Assembly: GCA_964650355.1 (NCBI GenBank)
Contig: CAZYTL010000001.1
Coordinates: 216,018 to 280,017 of the forward strand
Length of the DNA stretch: 64,000 nucleotides
Direction: 5' to 3'
Origin: an uncultured Gammaproteobacteria bacterium
GTDB lineage: Bacteria > Patescibacteriota > Microgenomatia > CAYXHB01 > CAZYTL01
Both the position numbers and the translations under genes were made by a program. Shown here piece by piece: positions 1 through 9,788 of this stretch. Position 1 is the stretch's first letter, and each line of letters opens with the position of its first letter. A model generated the notes under the pieces. That model was not told the DNA's origin and ran no database searches. It saw nothing but the letters and a program-made list of their open reading frames with translations.

Positions 1-95
1 GAACATGCGGATTTTCACCTCCTTTCTATTTAAAATTCTTTAATTAGGGTCTATTGTTCCGGTCGATGCTACGATATCGACCGGACCAGCAAAAC

Positions 96-929
96 CTAAT
101 AGGGTACATTATCCTGTTCTGCGGGATGTGGCGGTTCATTGGCGGCAAAAATTTTCTGTGCTTCGTCTGCCAAATTATCTGAATCTTCTGTTGATTTTGT
201 AGAAATTAATGATTCAATCGTGTCCTTGACTATCTCTACGTGATCTCTTAAATATTGAAATTCTCCAGGATCAGATACTACTAAGGGCATTTCGTTTTCG
301 CCTTTCAAAATCTCAAAATTGACCAACCAACTCATTCCATAAGCATTTTCTTCCTCATAAGTTGACAGCCTTACATATAAAGCAAAGAGAGGAATTGGTA
401 TTGGCTTTAATCGTGTATATCTCTGTGCTTGTGTTCCAAATTCCCATAAATTCTTTAACTTCTTACCAGTAAAAAAGAAAATAAAAGGCTTCAATGAATT
501 ATCATTGGTAATTACCCCGGCCATAAGTTGATGAAAGATATCCTGTTTTGAGCGACTATCCATGCCTTCAGCACGGAAACCACGACTAATTGTCAAAATA
601 TGACAATCAACAGTCTTAAATTGTTCCTGAGTAGGTCTGTAAAAGAACCAACCATCATTGGGCTTTTCTCCGTTAGTTAAAAAATTCGTAGTGCTTTTAC
701 CCGTCTGATGAACTTTTAATAAAGGCAAATCACCGGTTAAATTTTCAGCTCCGACCCGTGCATTATCTTTGTACATTTGTGCCAATTCGGAATTTTGTTC
801 GATTGATTTAACCGACATCTGCCTAATAATGGCTTGTTTTTCCTTTTGCTCTTCTTCGGCAGCCTGCTCTTTTGACTCTCTCATCTTATCCATCGCCTGC
901 TTAAATCCAGTCTTTCCCTTATCAGTCAT
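96..929 (-). CDS. hypothetical protein, Lys/Glu-rich N-terminus (predicted coiled coil), no recognisable motif
   Basis: 277-aa ORF whose start overlaps the stop of the upstream HTH gene by 4 bp (ATGA). Confidence 0.45.
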   Translation of the reverse strand: MTDKGKTGFKQAMDKMRESKEQAAEEEQKEKQAIIRQMSVKSIEQNSELAQMYKDNARVGAENLTGDLPLLKVHQTGKSTTNFLTNGEKPNDGWFFYRPTQEQFKTVDCHILTISRGFRAEGMDSRSKQDIFHQLMAGVITNDNSLKPFIFFFTGKKLKNLWEFGTQAQRYTRLKPIPIPLFALYVRLSTYEEENAYGMSWLVNFEILKGENEMPLVVSDPGEFQYLRDHVEIVKDTIESLISTKSTEDSDNLADEAQKIFAANEPPHPAEQDNVPY

Positions 930-1246
930 GTATTATCACCCCCTTTCTCCTCATACTTTCTTTGTGCCGCGTGTCTTCGACTTTGACTTATATTTCTCTT
1001 GACCAACTGTGCATATTCCTCACTTTCTCCGGAGAGTTTTTTGCAATAACGTGAAACCACACTGGTGCTTACATCAAAAATTTCTGAAATTTCCTCTTGA
1101 GTCTTACCTTCTTCGAGAAGCCGAATAATTACCTTTTTACGGAGATTTTTATCCTTCCAAGCCTCATAAATATCCGAAACATAATCTTGTAATTCCTCTA
1201 TACCAAAACTTGCAAGTTGTGTTATACTGCCTGCAACATTTATCAT
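926..1246 (-). CDS. small helix-turn-helix DNA-binding protein
   Basis: 106 aa. HTH-like segment GKTQEEISEIFDVSTSVVSRYCKK. Translationally coupled to the downstream 277-aa ORF. Confidence 0.5.
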   Translation of the reverse strand: MINVAGSITQLASFGIEELQDYVSDIYEAWKDKNLRKKVIIRLLEEGKTQEEISEIFDVSTSVVSRYCKKLSGESEEYAQLVKRNISQSRRHAAQRKYEEKGGDNT

Positions 1247-1422
1247 AAAAGACTGATTTTTTGAATCAGTCTTATAAAAGCTGCTAGGCTTTAGTTTTCA
1301 AATACTTCATCCGTCAGGTATTTGAGAGGAATAATAAATAAATGATCCTTCAAGAAAGGTCGTTACACCCTAAGCCTCGTTGAGCAAGATAGGTTAAGTT
1401 ACTGTTAAATTCTTCTTCCTCA

Positions 1423-2067
1423 TCATCTAGGTAAATGAACCACCATCGGGTTACCATCCTTCAGATACTCCTTGCCGCCGGAAACGATTTTTAAGAAGTA
1501 AGTCGTGCCGGGTTGCAAATCATAGACTCTAATCAAATGCTCTGTTCGGTCGTTCGTGGGTTCGACTTCAACTGCCACCTGATCTAAGTTATCCGCGTTT
1601 TGTCCGTAAACCACTGCTCCGGTAACGGGTGTCCTAGTCTTCCAAGAAACTATAAACTCTGTAGGTTGTAAATTGTAAATCTGGACTTGTTCAGGAATCC
1701 CCTCATCTCTGGCCAATGACAAAGTAGATTGGTCCGATAACTGAGGAACCAAAATAGCTGTCACCCCCACCACCCCCAGCAAACCAATAAACACCATTAA
1801 CCCCAAGGTCTGATCCAGCAACTTAGGTACCACAACGAAAGAAAGAAATGTAATTATTGCCACCCCACCCCCAATCAGTAACAACCAGTTTAAATCAGAA
1901 CCCGGAATCGTCTGTAACAAACTCCGGGTTTGAGGATTCCTACTTAAAGTATTTACTAATGGATGACCCTCGCTGGCCCACACCAATCCCCACATAAATT
2001 CATCGTAGCACTTCGCCCTCCTGCTGCCAAGCCAAAGAAATTCATCTCCGCCAGTTGTGTGTGACAA
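1423..2067 (-). CDS. membrane protein with C-terminal fibronectin-III / purple-acid-phosphatase-N-like beta domain
   Basis: Two hydrophobic helices, then FIVSWKTRTPVTGAVVYG...VYDLQPGTTYFLKIV, an FN3/PAP-N-like pattern. The true start may be an internal Met. Confidence 0.45.
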   Translation of the reverse strand: MSHTTGGDEFLWLGSRRAKCYDEFMWGLVWASEGHPLVNTLSRNPQTRSLLQTIPGSDLNWLLLIGGGVAIITFLSFVVVPKLLDQTLGLMVFIGLLGVVGVTAILVPQLSDQSTLSLARDEGIPEQVQIYNLQPTEFIVSWKTRTPVTGAVVYGQNADNLDQVAVEVEPTNDRTEHLIRVYDLQPGTTYFLKIVSGGKEYLKDGNPMVVHLPR

Positions 2068-2073
2068 CGATTT

Positions 2074-3918
2074 TTATATTTTTCCCAATTTTCCGGCTAG
2101 TTGTTCAGTCTCAGCCAACAACCCTTCTACTTCAGCCAACCCTTGTTGCCAAAACTCCGGATTACTGATATCAATTCCCAGGCGGCGGAACACATTTTTG
2201 GGCGCATCACTGGTCCCTGCCCCCAGAAATTCCTTTACCTGGGAAATAAACTTAGAATCTTTCTTCACCGAATTCTGGAGAGCTTTGGAAATTAACAATC
2301 CGCTGGCATAAGAATAAACATAAAAAAACATCCGAAAATGCGACACGTAAGTCCACCAGTTTTCCGATCCCGGAGATTGCTCTACCGCCTCTCCCATGTA
2401 GGCAGCCATGTGTTGCTGGAACATTTGTCCGATCTCTTCTTTAGACAGATAGCCTTTTTGTCTGAAAGCCTGATGTAATTCCTGCTCGAATCGATAAAAA
2501 GCCACTTGGCGAAAGATTGTTGACACATCATCATTTAATTTCATCATCATCAAAGCCAACTTTAATTCGTCATCCGCTTGTTTGGCTAGCTCCTGCAACA
2601 CAAAGTCCTCCATAAAAGTACTGGCCACTTCAGCTGTGGATTTGGGTGTACCAAAATTGAGCGCATGTTGGTTAGCCTTCATTAACTCGTTGTTCATCCC
2701 GTGACCGGCCTCGTGCGCCAGAGTTAAGACATCACTCACCTGTCCGACAAAATTAAGCAGAATATATGTGGGATGAATAACCAAATTATGGGCGCAGTAA
2801 GCTCCACCGGTTTTGCTTTTTTGGGGATAAACGTCAATCTGTCCGTTCTCCAGATACTTCTTAAACAATTCTCCGAATTGGGGATCTAACAGACTAAACA
2901 CCTGGTTAACCAATTCGGCTGCCTCGCCAAACTCGTATCTTCTGTCCAGCTTTCCGTAGGGTACGTTGCGTTCATGATATTGTAATTGTTTTATGCCAAA
3001 TAATCGGGCTTTTAATTGATAATATCTCCGGGCGATGTCAAACCTGTCCGTCACTTTGGTCACCAGGGTATCCACGATTTCAGTGTCAATGTCATCAGCC
3101 AGATGCCTGCCCAAATCAGGTCTGGGCATGTTTCTTAACTCGTCATTGATTTTTTTGTCATATAGCACGGAATTGATCTCCGTCTCTGAGACTTCCACTC
3201 GCTTCTCCAAAATTTGGTTAAACGCCTTGGCAGCTGCATCTCTCACCGGTTTCTGTTGGCTGTTCATCAATTTCAGAATCTCGCTGAAACTTTTCTTTGC
3301 CCGCTTTCCCTCTTCAGTGAGCGCCATTCTTTCTTCCTTGGACAAAAATTCCTCGTTCATCTTCACCCAGTTCGCAAACGCGGTCACCGACTTCAAATTC
3401 AAAATTTTTTCTTCTGGTTCACTTAACAGATATTTAGCCTCTGCATACAACCTTTCTAACCAGTGGCAATAATCCTTTAACCTCTCGTCTTGCAGAAAAA
3501 CCTGTTGCTGGTCCTGAGACACTTTGGCTAGCCTTAGTTCGAAAAATTGGATGTCATTCTGAATTTTGGTACTGAAGTCCGTCACCTGATTCACTTTGGC
3601 TTTTATTTTGGCATTCGTCTGATCCTGACTTGAGCGCAAGCTAAAATAATAGCCTTCTTTGCCGCTCTGAGCATAATTCCTTGCCCACTGCTCGTATTCA
3701 TCCAAAGCTTGTTTCAGAATGCCGGGATCCGTCAGATAATCATCGCGGTCTTTCCACTTATTAATAAATTGATAACTTTGCTGCTTCACTTCTTCACGCT
3801 CTTTACCAATCTGGGCATCATCGTCGCCTTTGAACAAAGGCTTCAAATCCCAACTAGTTCTCCAATTCGCCATCCCAGCCATAGCAGACATTTTAACACG
3901 AAATCCTTCTCCTCCCAA
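2074..3918 (-). CDS. pepF: oligoendopeptidase F (M3B family zinc metallopeptidase)
   Basis: 614 aa. HEAGHGM (HEXXH) zinc motif. Length and overall pattern are typical of PepF. Confidence 0.85.
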   Translation of the reverse strand: MGGEGFRVKMSAMAGMANWRTSWDLKPLFKGDDDAQIGKEREEVKQQSYQFINKWKDRDDYLTDPGILKQALDEYEQWARNYAQSGKEGYYFSLRSSQDQTNAKIKAKVNQVTDFSTKIQNDIQFFELRLAKVSQDQQQVFLQDERLKDYCHWLERLYAEAKYLLSEPEEKILNLKSVTAFANWVKMNEEFLSKEERMALTEEGKRAKKSFSEILKLMNSQQKPVRDAAAKAFNQILEKRVEVSETEINSVLYDKKINDELRNMPRPDLGRHLADDIDTEIVDTLVTKVTDRFDIARRYYQLKARLFGIKQLQYHERNVPYGKLDRRYEFGEAAELVNQVFSLLDPQFGELFKKYLENGQIDVYPQKSKTGGAYCAHNLVIHPTYILLNFVGQVSDVLTLAHEAGHGMNNELMKANQHALNFGTPKSTAEVASTFMEDFVLQELAKQADDELKLALMMMKLNDDVSTIFRQVAFYRFEQELHQAFRQKGYLSKEEIGQMFQQHMAAYMGEAVEQSPGSENWWTYVSHFRMFFYVYSYASGLLISKALQNSVKKDSKFISQVKEFLGAGTSDAPKNVFRRLGIDISNPEFWQQGLAEVEGLLAETEQLAGKLGKI

Positions 3919-3922
3919 CTTC

Positions 3923-4807
3923 TTATGCGACTTTCACCAAGTCTTTTTTCGGCAGGTGCCTTAAAATCAACAGCCCCAGCACCGTCACTAAAATAGTTTC
4001 CAAAAACGGTACCTCTATCGGATACCTGATCAACCACCAAATGGTAAAGAAAGTGGTAGAAATCATTACTAAATGCAATTCCAGCTGCCAGACTTTTAGC
4101 CAGGGAATAGGTCGGTTGATTAGCCTGGCAAACAAGTACAAAATCACCGCTAGCACCAGGGCATACCCCAATTTCCATAACGGATAAAACAAACCCATTC
4201 CTACCCAAGTCATCACCACTAAAATCGGCACAAAATAACCCAAATACGGACTGGCTATTCCTACCCATTCCTGAATTTTGTTCTTATCAATAACCAAATT
4301 TGAAGCTTTGTCCAAAGACACGGTTTCCAGATTGCCGTCTTCATTTCTAATCGTTAAATGGTGCTTAGTTAACAAAGCTGCCGTGTGATATTGAGGAAAA
4401 TCTTCCACCTTGGCCATGGTGTCAATCACCAACAAATTATCCACCGGTTCTGTTGACGCTCCCAATACCTTATTTTCCAACTCCTGCTTAATGGGGTCCA
4501 AAGTAGACAAAGGCACATAATATGGCTCTGTCACGTTGGTAGATGCTGCGCCGTCCTGAATAGTAATTACTAAATCCTGAGGATAAACTTTGACGATCTC
4601 TACCGGTAAAAAGGTGGTCATGAAATCATTCAAAGGCAGATAATAGCGCCATGTCAGGAATACGGTAGCCACCAGGGCAAACAACCAAAAATAAGCAATA
4701 AAAAACCTTAAAGAAAAGCTGAACGGCGCCTGCAAAATATCCTGATAATATTCGATCGAAGTAAAAGTTTTGCCCAGGGCGTACTTAAAAGTTCTTACCT
4801 TGCTCAT
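3923..4807 (-). CDS. polytopic integral membrane protein, function unknown
   Basis: 294 aa. N-terminal and several C-terminal hydrophobic helices flank a central soluble segment. Confidence 0.5.
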   Translation of the reverse strand: MSKVRTFKYALGKTFTSIEYYQDILQAPFSFSLRFFIAYFWLFALVATVFLTWRYYLPLNDFMTTFLPVEIVKVYPQDLVITIQDGAASTNVTEPYYVPLSTLDPIKQELENKVLGASTEPVDNLLVIDTMAKVEDFPQYHTAALLTKHHLTIRNEDGNLETVSLDKASNLVIDKNKIQEWVGIASPYLGYFVPILVVMTWVGMGLFYPLWKLGYALVLAVILYLFARLINRPIPWLKVWQLELHLVMISTTFFTIWWLIRYPIEVPFLETILVTVLGLLILRHLPKKDLVKVA

Positions 4808-4860
4808 AATTTAACTTTATTCAGGTTAAGAGTAGTTGTCAAATTTATAGTTCTTGGCTA

Positions 4861-6675
4861 TTAATACTTAAACCCTGATCTCTTAAACATCTTCTCTAGC
4901 TCCTGCAGACTCATTTCCACCTTTACCGGCCGGCCATGAGGGCAAGTATATTGAGTTTTGGTATCTTTGACCACGTTCACAATCTCCTGGGCTTCCTGCG
5001 CTGTCAACCGGTCTCCGGCTTTGACCGCGCTTCTGCAAGCCAAAAAAGTTAACATCCTTTGACTCTGGTCATCAACCTCTCTGAGCAATTCTTCATTTTT
5101 CAAATCTTCGATTAATTCACTGAGGATCTTAGTAATATTCTTACCGGTTAACAGTGCCGGCACGGCCTGCACCATCAGTTGGCGCTTCTGGATCTCCAAA
5201 TCAAATCCGATCTGAGAAAATAGTGGCAATTGCTCTTCCATCACCAATCGGTCGTCAGCCGGCAAATCAATCTTAGCCGGAATCAACAATGACTGCTTTT
5301 CCGTAGATTTTTTCTTTGCCTTAAACTCGGCTACCAGTTGATCATACAAGATCCTTTCATGAGCTGCGTGCTGGTCCACGATCAACAGACCTTTGTCGGT
5401 TTGGGTTACTAAATACAAATTGTGAATTTGTATAATCGGATGAGCCTGGGTTGCCAACTCATAGGGTAGAATCTCTTCGGCCACTTCCAGAGCAGCTTGA
5501 GCCTGAAAATCATAAGTAAACTGCTTCTGGGCTTGGGTAGGCAGAGGAGGGAGTTGGTCAAACCTGCCTGCCCGTCTCGCTGAGTCGAAGCGGGTAGGAG
5601 AGGAGGGAAAAGAACGAGAAAGATTTCCAGAAATTTCCTGGTCTGCTTCATCAGTTTTTATCTGAGTGGTATACTCAAAGGTCAAATCCGCCTTTTCCAA
5701 AGCATGACTGACCGCTCTACGCACCGAATTATAAATAAAATTACCATTAACAAATTTGACCTCTTCCTTCCTGGGATGGACGTTCACGTCCACCATTTCA
5801 AAAGGCAAGTTCAGATACAGCACGAACACCGGATAAACCTTGGGCGGTAATAGATTACCATAAGCATCTTTAACCGCCTTTACCATGCCTCTGTCTGTCA
5901 CCCGGCGGTGATTCACCAGCAAATACTGTTTATACTTAGTTTCATGGCTGATTTGGGGTTTGGAAATCAAGCCGGAAATCTGCAAATGCGGGTGGTCAAA
6001 ATGAATGGGGATTAACTGCCCATAGATTGCCTCTCCCAGCACTTGCTTTACTCTTAACTCCTGGCTATCCGTCTTCGGGTAGTTGAGCGTCAGCCTTCCC
6101 TGGTGTTTTAGTTGCCAACCCACATCAGGAAAACCCAAGGCATGATCAATTACCATTTCCGTGATATGTCTCAACTCCGTAGTCGTAGTTTTAAGAAATT
6201 TCCTCCGGGCCGGCACCTGGGCAAACAAGTCTTCCACCATCACCGTAGTGCCTACTGGCATGCCCACCGGTTTCAGTGACCGCCTTTTACTTCCTTCCAC
6301 CACCAGTTCCAGGCCGGAAGATTGAGCTTTAGTTCTGGTTCTGATGGTTAACTTGCTTACCGCTGTGATGCTGGACAGGGCTTCTCCGCGAAAGCCCAAT
6401 GTTTGAATCCGCCATAAATCATCAGAGGTGGCGATTTTGCTTGTTCCATGTCTCAAGTAACATTTTTCCAGATCTTCTTTATCCATGCCTTCGCCGTCAT
6501 CCATGACCACCAACTTCTTAATTCCCCCATTCTCGGCCTCCACTTTCACTTGTTTGGCTCCTGCATCTAAAGCATTATCCAGCAACTCCTTGACCACCGA
6601 AGCCGGTCTCTCCACCACCTCTCCGGCCGCGATCTGATTAGCTACCTCTTCAGATAAAATATGTATCTTAGCCAT
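4861..6675 (-). CDS. mutL: DNA mismatch repair protein MutL (endonuclease-proficient type)
   Basis: N-terminal GHKL ATPase pattern (ELLDNALDAGA, MDDGEGM). C-terminal DQHAAHERILYDQL (DQHAxxExxxxE) and CPHGRP endonuclease motifs. Confidence 0.92.
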   Translation of the reverse strand: MAKIHILSEEVANQIAAGEVVERPASVVKELLDNALDAGAKQVKVEAENGGIKKLVVMDDGEGMDKEDLEKCYLRHGTSKIATSDDLWRIQTLGFRGEALSSITAVSKLTIRTRTKAQSSGLELVVEGSKRRSLKPVGMPVGTTVMVEDLFAQVPARRKFLKTTTTELRHITEMVIDHALGFPDVGWQLKHQGRLTLNYPKTDSQELRVKQVLGEAIYGQLIPIHFDHPHLQISGLISKPQISHETKYKQYLLVNHRRVTDRGMVKAVKDAYGNLLPPKVYPVFVLYLNLPFEMVDVNVHPRKEEVKFVNGNFIYNSVRRAVSHALEKADLTFEYTTQIKTDEADQEISGNLSRSFPSSPTRFDSARRAGRFDQLPPLPTQAQKQFTYDFQAQAALEVAEEILPYELATQAHPIIQIHNLYLVTQTDKGLLIVDQHAAHERILYDQLVAEFKAKKKSTEKQSLLIPAKIDLPADDRLVMEEQLPLFSQIGFDLEIQKRQLMVQAVPALLTGKNITKILSELIEDLKNEELLREVDDQSQRMLTFLACRSAVKAGDRLTAQEAQEIVNVVKDTKTQYTCPHGRPVKVEMSLQELEKMFKRSGFKY

Positions 6676-6883
6676 AAATTTTCAAAACTAACCGACGACT
6701 CCTTAACAACATAAGCAGATTTAAGGTAAAATAAAACCAAAATTAATCTAGTTCGAAATTAGCATAAAGCAGCACAAAATACAATTTAAGCAGTGCCCAC
6801 CGACAATATCTTGTATAAAAACGAGTTAAGTAACTTCTTTGGGCGGTAATTATTTTTTATTTTAAAAATTTGATTTTCTTTCC

Positions 6884-7486
6884 ATGCCAATAAAGTCTTT
6901 ATCTAAAATCAGCAAAGTGGATTTCTTATCTGGTATTAAATACACCTCAGACAAAACAAAGGACTGTTTCAAGTGTTTTTTACTGGCTTCTGAATTTGCC
7001 AACTTGAACAACAAGACGCTCCTCGGTCAGTCTGGTTTTGCAGTTGACCTAGCGGTGGGCAAATTGACTCGCAATCATGACGACTTAGATGTGATTACTT
7101 TGGAGAAAGAGATTGAAGATTTTCGAAATTATTTCAAAAATCAAGGGTTTAAAATCGGCTGTCTTAATTTCAACGACCCCAGCCTGACCTTTACTTTTGA
7201 AAAAGATCTGGTTCATGGAGACATGGATACTATAAAGATTGATGGAGAGGACGTCTCGGACAAAGGACATAAAGACGACGACAGATGGAAATGGCCAATA
7301 AAAGCCAATGAGCTAATTTGGTCAAGATCCGTCAATGGTAATCTTGTAAAGTTTGTTTCTCCTGTCTTAGTGTACGACTTCAAGAAAAGGCAACAGAAAA
7401 GAGACAAAAAACGAGAGAAAGAAAATCATGATTTCACTGTACTTGAGCAACATTTCCCGTACTTGAAAGGTTACGAACCGAAATGA
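6884..7486 (+). CDS. Pol-beta superfamily nucleotidyltransferase, ANT(2'')/Lnu-like family
   Basis: 200 aa. LLGQSGFAVDLAVGKLTRNHDDLDVI matches the G-x-G...hDDhDh pattern of the aminoglycoside-2''/lincosamide nucleotidyltransferase family. Confidence 0.5.
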   Translation: MPIKSLSKISKVDFLSGIKYTSDKTKDCFKCFLLASEFANLNNKTLLGQSGFAVDLAVGKLTRNHDDLDVITLEKEIEDFRNYFKNQGFKIGCLNFNDPSLTFTFEKDLVHGDMDTIKIDGEDVSDKGHKDDDRWKWPIKANELIWSRSVNGNLVKFVSPVLVYDFKKRQQKRDKKREKENHDFTVLEQHFPYLKGYEPK

Positions 7487-7665
7487 CAAGAATCTAGACC
7501 CGATATGGCAAGAATTGTTGCCAATATACGCTCTTCGCTATCGCTACGAGCCACTTGTACCCCGTTCGCCAACATTCCACTGCAATTATTTATAAGGTAA
7601 GATATGGACGTAGCGGACATCGCATATACTGAAACGTTATCGAAAATAGTTTTTAGTCCCTACGT

Positions 7666-8094
7666 ATGAAAATAATAGACAAAGAAATCCAATTAAAACT
7701 TGATCAGGAGTTTACTTCAATAAAATCGCGCCTCGAATCACTTATTAAAGACGAAAATTTAATCACGGCCAATATTATTTGTTGGGTTCCTCATAAGGTC
7801 TCCTCTTTAGTTCAAATTGGTTGGGAAGACGGTTTAATTGATGATTTAAAGGCATTTTTAAAAGACACCGCCCCTTCCGGGAAGTGGAAAAATCATGATG
7901 AACCCGGAACACCTTTCAGATATAACTTCCATGAGCATATCCGTACCAAACTAACAGGGGAAATTTCGCTGACATTGATCGTTAAAGACGGTAAATTATA
8001 CTTGGGGAAATATCAGGATTTATACTTCTATAGCCCGGTATTCAAAGACATTCCTGACCAAAAGATCTTCTGCAGGATCATGAAATACAAATAG
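7666..8094 (+). CDS. YjbQ/UPF0047 family protein (secondary thiamine-phosphate synthase-like)
   Basis: 142 aa. HEHIRTKLTGEISLTLIVKDGKLYLGKYQDLYF is a YjbQ-like core. Confidence 0.55.
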   Translation: MKIIDKEIQLKLDQEFTSIKSRLESLIKDENLITANIICWVPHKVSSLVQIGWEDGLIDDLKAFLKDTAPSGKWKNHDEPGTPFRYNFHEHIRTKLTGEISLTLIVKDGKLYLGKYQDLYFYSPVFKDIPDQKIFCRIMKYK

Positions 8095-8151
8095 ATCCAA
8101 ACCTTCGAGGTAGCCGTAAGACTTCTATCTCACAAGGCAAAACTTTCATCT

Positions 8152-8736
8152 ATGATACCTAAAGACCTTCACCAATTAAGACAGGATATCGTGTTCGAAA
8201 CTCATTTAAGAGGTCACGATTTTGTCTTTCACAGCACGTGGGGACTTTTCAGCCCCACAGCTATTGACGAGGGCTCGCTGATGCTGATTAACCAGACCGC
8301 TGTTAAACCCACTGATATCAGCCTTGAGATTGGTTGCGGCTATGGACCGATCGGCCTCACCATTGCCAGACTCACGCCCCAGGGCAAAGTCCACTTGGTT
8401 GATAAAGACTTCGTGGCTGTCGAGTATGCCCAAAAGAACGCCCATGAAAACGGAATAAAGAACTGTGACATTTATCTCAGCAATGCTTTTAGCCATGTGC
8501 CTGATCTGGAATTCGATAATATCGTTTCCAATCTGCCCGCAAAAGTAGGGAATGAACTTCTCTATCTGATCATCAATGACGCCAAAAGCCATTTAAAAAA
8601 AGGAGGGAAATTCTACGTGGTGGTTATTGCCGGCCTCAAAGAATACATCAAAAGAAACTTCAAAGCCGTTTTCGGAAACTATAAAAAATTGAAACAAGGC
8701 AAAACCTACCTGGTGGCGATGGCCGTTAAAGAATAA
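8152..8736 (+). CDS. class I SAM-dependent methyltransferase (RsmC/RlmG-like small MTase domain)
   Basis: LEIGCGYGPIGL motif I, VHLVDKD motif II, NLPAK substrate motif. Confidence 0.65.
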   Translation: MIPKDLHQLRQDIVFETHLRGHDFVFHSTWGLFSPTAIDEGSLMLINQTAVKPTDISLEIGCGYGPIGLTIARLTPQGKVHLVDKDFVAVEYAQKNAHENGIKNCDIYLSNAFSHVPDLEFDNIVSNLPAKVGNELLYLIINDAKSHLKKGGKFYVVVIAGLKEYIKRNFKAVFGNYKKLKQGKTYLVAMAVKE

Positions 8737-8830
8737 GAGCCAAAAAACTTAATAGCGAATATTTGGCTAGATCCCTTGTAAATTAATTTGGTAGAATAAA
8801 ACCATTCGAGCAGATCTAAGTCTAAACAAT

Positions 8831-9688
8831 TTGCTAACTAGATTACTCAACGCATTTAATATGTTCATCGCTATCGATATTGGGGGAACTAATTCTAAAA
8901 TTGCCCTGTTCCATTCGCTTGAAAAACCCCAGATAACTACTACCACTTCCTTTAAACAAACCGGTAATTATCAGAAGGATCTGGACAGAATATCCAGCGG
9001 AATCCGAAAAATAACTCAGGAACAAATCAAAGGCATTGGCGTGGGCATTCCCGGTGCTCTAAGTGAGGATAAATCTTATGTAAAAATCTTTAATAATCTT
9101 CCCGATTGGAGTGGCAAGCCCGTTAAATCTGACCTCTCAAACCGCTTTGACTGTCCGGTAATCTTAGATAATGACGCCACCGCCGCGGCCTTGGGGGAAG
9201 CGTTGTTTGGTCACGGAGTCGGTAAAGAGTTTTTATTCATCATCTGGGGCACAGGCGTTGGTGGCACAGCCGTCCATTTAATTGATAACCAACCAGCTCT
9301 TTACTCCTTTGAGCCAGGCCACCACAGCGTGGATTGGGATGGGCCTCAATGTCAGTGTGGTCAAAAAGGCTGTTTAGAACTCACCTGCGGCGGAGCCGGC
9401 ATCAAGCTTCGTTATGGTAAACCAGCAGAGGAGTTAAATGAGAAAGAATGGGATGAGGTAGTCACCCACTTCACCCACGGACTTTTGAACGTGATCATGA
9501 TCAGGCCCACCAAGCTGATCGTTTTAAGCGGGGGCATTGCGGTTAAGCAGGCCAAGAGAATCCCGCAAATAAAATCTATTCTCAAAGAGAGACTTACCAT
9601 GTATCCCGTCCCGGAAATAGAGATTTCCCAACTCCGAGAGAACGCGGGACTCTATGGTGCACTGGGGTTATTGAAAATGTACTTGTGA
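8831..9688 (+). CDS. ROK family sugar kinase (glucokinase-like)
   Basis: IAIDIGGTNSKIA ATP motif. CQCGQKGCLE zinc-binding ROK signature. Confidence 0.8.
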   Translation: MLTRLLNAFNMFIAIDIGGTNSKIALFHSLEKPQITTTTSFKQTGNYQKDLDRISSGIRKITQEQIKGIGVGIPGALSEDKSYVKIFNNLPDWSGKPVKSDLSNRFDCPVILDNDATAAALGEALFGHGVGKEFLFIIWGTGVGGTAVHLIDNQPALYSFEPGHHSVDWDGPQCQCGQKGCLELTCGGAGIKLRYGKPAEELNEKEWDEVVTHFTHGLLNVIMIRPTKLIVLSGGIAVKQAKRIPQIKSILKERLTMYPVPEIEISQLRENAGLYGALGLLKMYL

Positions 9689-9788
9689 TCTGTTGTAATT
9701 ACCTAAAATTCCACTAGGATCTAGCTGGAAATATTCCCCTCTCCTCGAGTTTCACCTAATCATAAAAGATATTTAATATCTATTTTAA

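Noticed and set aside
96-1246. IS element or transposon at the window start
   Set aside because: The HTH protein resembles transposase N-terminal HTH regions. However the partner protein lacks any DDE/HUH/serine-recombinase motif and no terminal inverted repeats are evident.
2057-2311. Plus-strand ORFs 2057..2311 and 2101..2295 inside the pepF locus
   Set aside because: They lie entirely antisense to, or overlap, the well-supported minus-strand M3 peptidase gene. They are low-complexity and have no motifs.
3035-3996. Plus-strand ORFs 3035..3472, 3214..3426 and 3709..3996, and minus-strand ORF 3843..4268
   Set aside because: Alternative-frame or antisense ORFs within pepF and the downstream membrane-protein gene. 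Their composition looks like shadow ORFs.
5409-5651. 80-aa minus-strand ORF inside mutL
   Set aside because: A different frame of the mutL coding region; spurious.
6720-6760. tRNA-like GTTCGAA motif (ctagttcgaaatt) in the mutL upstream region
   Set aside because: No matching acceptor-stem complement and no D- or anticodon-arm structure around it. It sits in AT-rich promoter sequence.
7505-7530. Short hairpin (tggcaa-gaattg-ttgcca) after the stop of the first Lnu-like gene
   Set aside because: 6-bp stem only and no downstream T-run, so it is a weak terminator candidate.
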